Positions 9,699 to 11,944 of a stretch of 11,944 nucleotides of DNA are shown piece after piece. The position numbers and the translations under genes are program-made. Under the pieces are notes generated by a model. The model saw only the letters and a program-made list of their open reading frames with translations. It ran no database searches and was not told the DNA's origin. Where the stretch lies: contig JBJCIZ010000700.1 of NCBI GenBank assembly GCA_051294375.1, positions 1 through 11,944 of the forward strand, written 5' to 3'. Position 1 is the first letter of the stretch. Each line of letters begins with the position of its first letter. The DNA comes from Paraspadella gotoi (taxonomy: Eukaryota > Animalia > Chaetognatha).

Positions 9699-9871
9699 AT
9701 TAGAGAAAAGTTTGAAATTAGTTTCAACAGTGATTTTTATTTTCATAGAGAAAAAACGTTCATGTTTCGGTAAGCTGATGAAGGCTTGAAATATTAAAGC
9801 CGAAACATGGCCATTTTTTCTCTATGAAAATACAAATCTTTATTGAAACTAATATCAAACTTTTCTCTAAT
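9699..9871. mobile_element. Fold-back remnant (~72-bp arms) with hammerhead core, Penelope-like inverted pLTR fragment
   Basis: Arms 9699-9770 and 9800-9871 are imperfect reverse complements; CTGATGA (9775-81), stem II GGCTT/AAGCC, GAAAC (9802-06). Confidence 0.6.
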
Positions 9872-9915
9872 CTCAAAACACAACTAAACGAAAAAGAAAA
9901 GATTATAACACAATG

Positions 9916-10128
9916 TGAAGAAACAGTAATTATTGTTATGTGTTAGTGACAGAATATAAGCAGTCCCTGAGCTTCGGATTAGGCTGTAACACCGTGTTAC
10001 AGGCGGGTTAAGCGCCCGGTCCCTCTTAACTGCGAGGCGACCACCAGACCCTTGGGCTGGGAGGCAAATGACTTGCCTCCGGCACCAATGGCCGCTGATG
10101 AACGGTTGGTGGATTTTAGTCCACCATA
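9916..10128 (-). mobile_element. Solo-LTR-like insert C with decayed tRNA-like region and twister
   Basis: Minus strand starts TATGGTGG with hairpin tggtgga/tccacca; shares CAGC..CCATTGG with A and B. The other end is 9916 (perfect AATG TSD) or 9941 (tatg/aatg). Confidence 0.65.
9960..10033 (-). ncRNA. Type-P5 twister ribozyme, mildly degenerate; predicted cleavage U10010/A10009
   Basis: Minus strand: GCAGT-TAAG-AGG-GA-CCG-GGCGCT-TAA-CCC-GC-[ctgtaacac/gtgttacag]-CCTAA-TCCG-AA-GC-TCAGG-G-ACTGC; one mismatch each in P2, T1 and P4. Confidence 0.65.
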
Positions 10129-10790
10129 AATGTATATATTAGAAAAAATTAATAACGAGAGAAACGTGAACAAAGTTGTACATTAAATTTTTATACTTTT
10201 AGGCATGTCGTCTGGCATTGCTATAAGTTCACCTCGCTTATAAGCATTATTTATTCAATTTTGCCCGAATATAGGCGCGTTTCGAAGGGCCGATTAGTTC
10301 ACGGAGAAAGAGAGAGAAGAGAACCACGAAATACAATGAGTGTCCCCAAACCTTTTTATATTTTAATATTGTCATTATTCGTCTCAGTGATTTGTTGTCA
10401 CATCAAGTATGACAGAATGATAAATATAATATAACACTATCATTACATAAAAAAGTTTTTAAACTACAGCCAATGTCTTTTTAAATTGTTTATTATTTTT
10501 ATCTTCGTATCAAGTGGACCAATCAGCTTCGGGTATAAGTGACAGCACTATCAATTGATCCTTTGTTCGAAAGAAAGGTTGTCTCGTTTAGTCTATAATC
10601 TTAATAAAACCTAATCATGAAAAAAAAGTTGGTCAAGTAATTTTGAAAAAAAAAACGACTGCAAAATAGGGGTCGGCGAATGTAAAAATAAGCCATATTC
10701 TCTTAATTTTGTAAAAATAATCTGATTCTTTAAGTAATTGAATGTCCTTACAGTCGGTTATCAATTCTTCTTGAGGAACGCTCTGAAAGA

Positions 10791-10935
10791 GCCAATAGAA
10801 TCTCATGGTCACAAAATTATGACCAATAGGAGGGCTTAATCGCAAACTGTCGCACATGGTCACAAGCATTCGCACACGGTCATGACCGAGAATGACCAGT
10901 TGGTCAAACGCGGTCCCAGTTTTCAGCCAATCAGA
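10791..10935. promoter_or_regulatory. Cluster of CCAAT boxes and GGTCA/TGACC motifs just inside the right arm
   Basis: Three CCAAT, about seven GGTCA/TGACC, and catggtcacaa twice; function unknown. Confidence 0.35.
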
Positions 10936-10964
10936 ATCACAGAAATAAGGAATATTAAAAAAAA

Positions 10965-11944
10965 TCTTTCTTTCTCTCTTTCTTTCATAAACTTTGCGAA
11001 TGATTATAAATGCACAAAAAATTAAAAAAATACATGATTGTATTATAGTATTAAACTTAAAGATTGTCTCTTCTCAAGATTTAGATTTTTGTATGCTTCA
11101 ACATTACGACATAAATGACTCAAATTCAATTTGGTTAAAATTTTGCCTCCTTCTGGCTATTTGTACAGGAATAATCCACCAAGTTGTGGGCACACCTCGA
11201 TAAAAACTAGTGGAAAAAACCGAATATTATCAAAAAATATGTATTTTAAGAAATAATAGCTTAAAGACTTACTAATTGAAAGCTTTTTCCAAAGCAATCG
11301 CTCGTCCACATCCTTCAGCATATTGGGAATGCCTTTACAAGCCCCATGTAATATTTTGCACAAAATATTTTGATGAAAATATAAACCAAGAGTATTAAGC
11401 TAACTAATAAAGCTAATAATGATGACACTACCCAATTTTTTTTTTGATTGACAGCTTGTGAATTTTTAAAAAAAATATGCTTCAAGAGGGGCTGCCTTAA
11501 GAAGTACTTGATCAATCATTATGAAACTTTCCCAAAACTTTTATCTTATCTTCCTTCATTGATTAAAGCTATATTAGAAATTCTAGATATATATTTTGAA
11601 CATATGGCATATCTTTGAAAAAATTGTACAGGAATATCCTCAAGGATGTGAATATACCTATATTCTAAAAAACAAATTATTGAATAAGTTAGAGGTCTCA
11701 TAGATGAATAAAATCATATAAAAACCTTTTATAATACTATCCATACTCAAAAGATATATTCATTAATGTAATGACTATCACCTTCTCCAGCATGTTGTGA
11801 ATGCTGTAGTAAAGCATCAAGAGGTAATTAGGATTTAAAATTTTACTTGAATTATCCTCATACATTTTTTTAACTAATTGAATAGGGTGGACGCTAAAAT
11901 CTTTTCTCTTTTGGACACAATAGAATATGAAGTAAAAGGTGTGC
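10965..11944 (-). repeat. Right arm of long inverted repeat (truncated by window end)
   Basis: Final bases ...aaaggtgtgc match gcacaccttt at 2059; the inner edge is at the tctttctttctctc tract. Confidence 0.97.

Larger units (their letters stand above)
1916..11944 (-). mobile_element. Autonomous-looking hAT-superfamily (hATm-like) DNA transposon with ~1 kb terminal inverted repeats; right end lies outside the window
   Basis: Long inverted repeats bracket a spliced DDE transposase gene. The left end is provisionally put at TAGGGTTGCAG (1916), a hAT-like terminus; only 2059 onward can be verified against the right arm. No TSD can be tested. Confidence 0.75.

Noticed and set aside
10096-10128. 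CTGATGA as a hammerhead core
   Set aside because: No GAAA or stem III in the required position.

Overview
AT-rich eukaryotic (animal-like) DNA. Bases 1-1.9 kb are non-coding flank rich in (GA)n/(CT)n microsatellites. The remainder is one ~10 kb DNA transposon: ~1 kb inverted repeats (2059-3046 and 10965-11944, the right arm cut off by the window edge) enclose an apparently intact 8-exon, 788-aa hAT-superfamily (hATm-like) DDE transposase gene on the minus strand. Nested in its non-coding parts are three diverged members of an unusual small element family (3828-4081 +, 5718-5975 +, ~9916/9941-10128 -). Each has solo-LTR-like TG/TA..TA/CA ends, a 5' hairpin, a tRNA-like Pol III promoter and a circularly permuted (type-P5) twister ribozyme whose P1 is only a short palindrome; one copy has a perfect 4-bp TSD. 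Also present are a truncated LTR retroelement (LTR, Trp-like PBS, decayed ORF) and a Penelope-like fold-back with a decayed hammerhead core. All calls come from manual reading; no searches were run.
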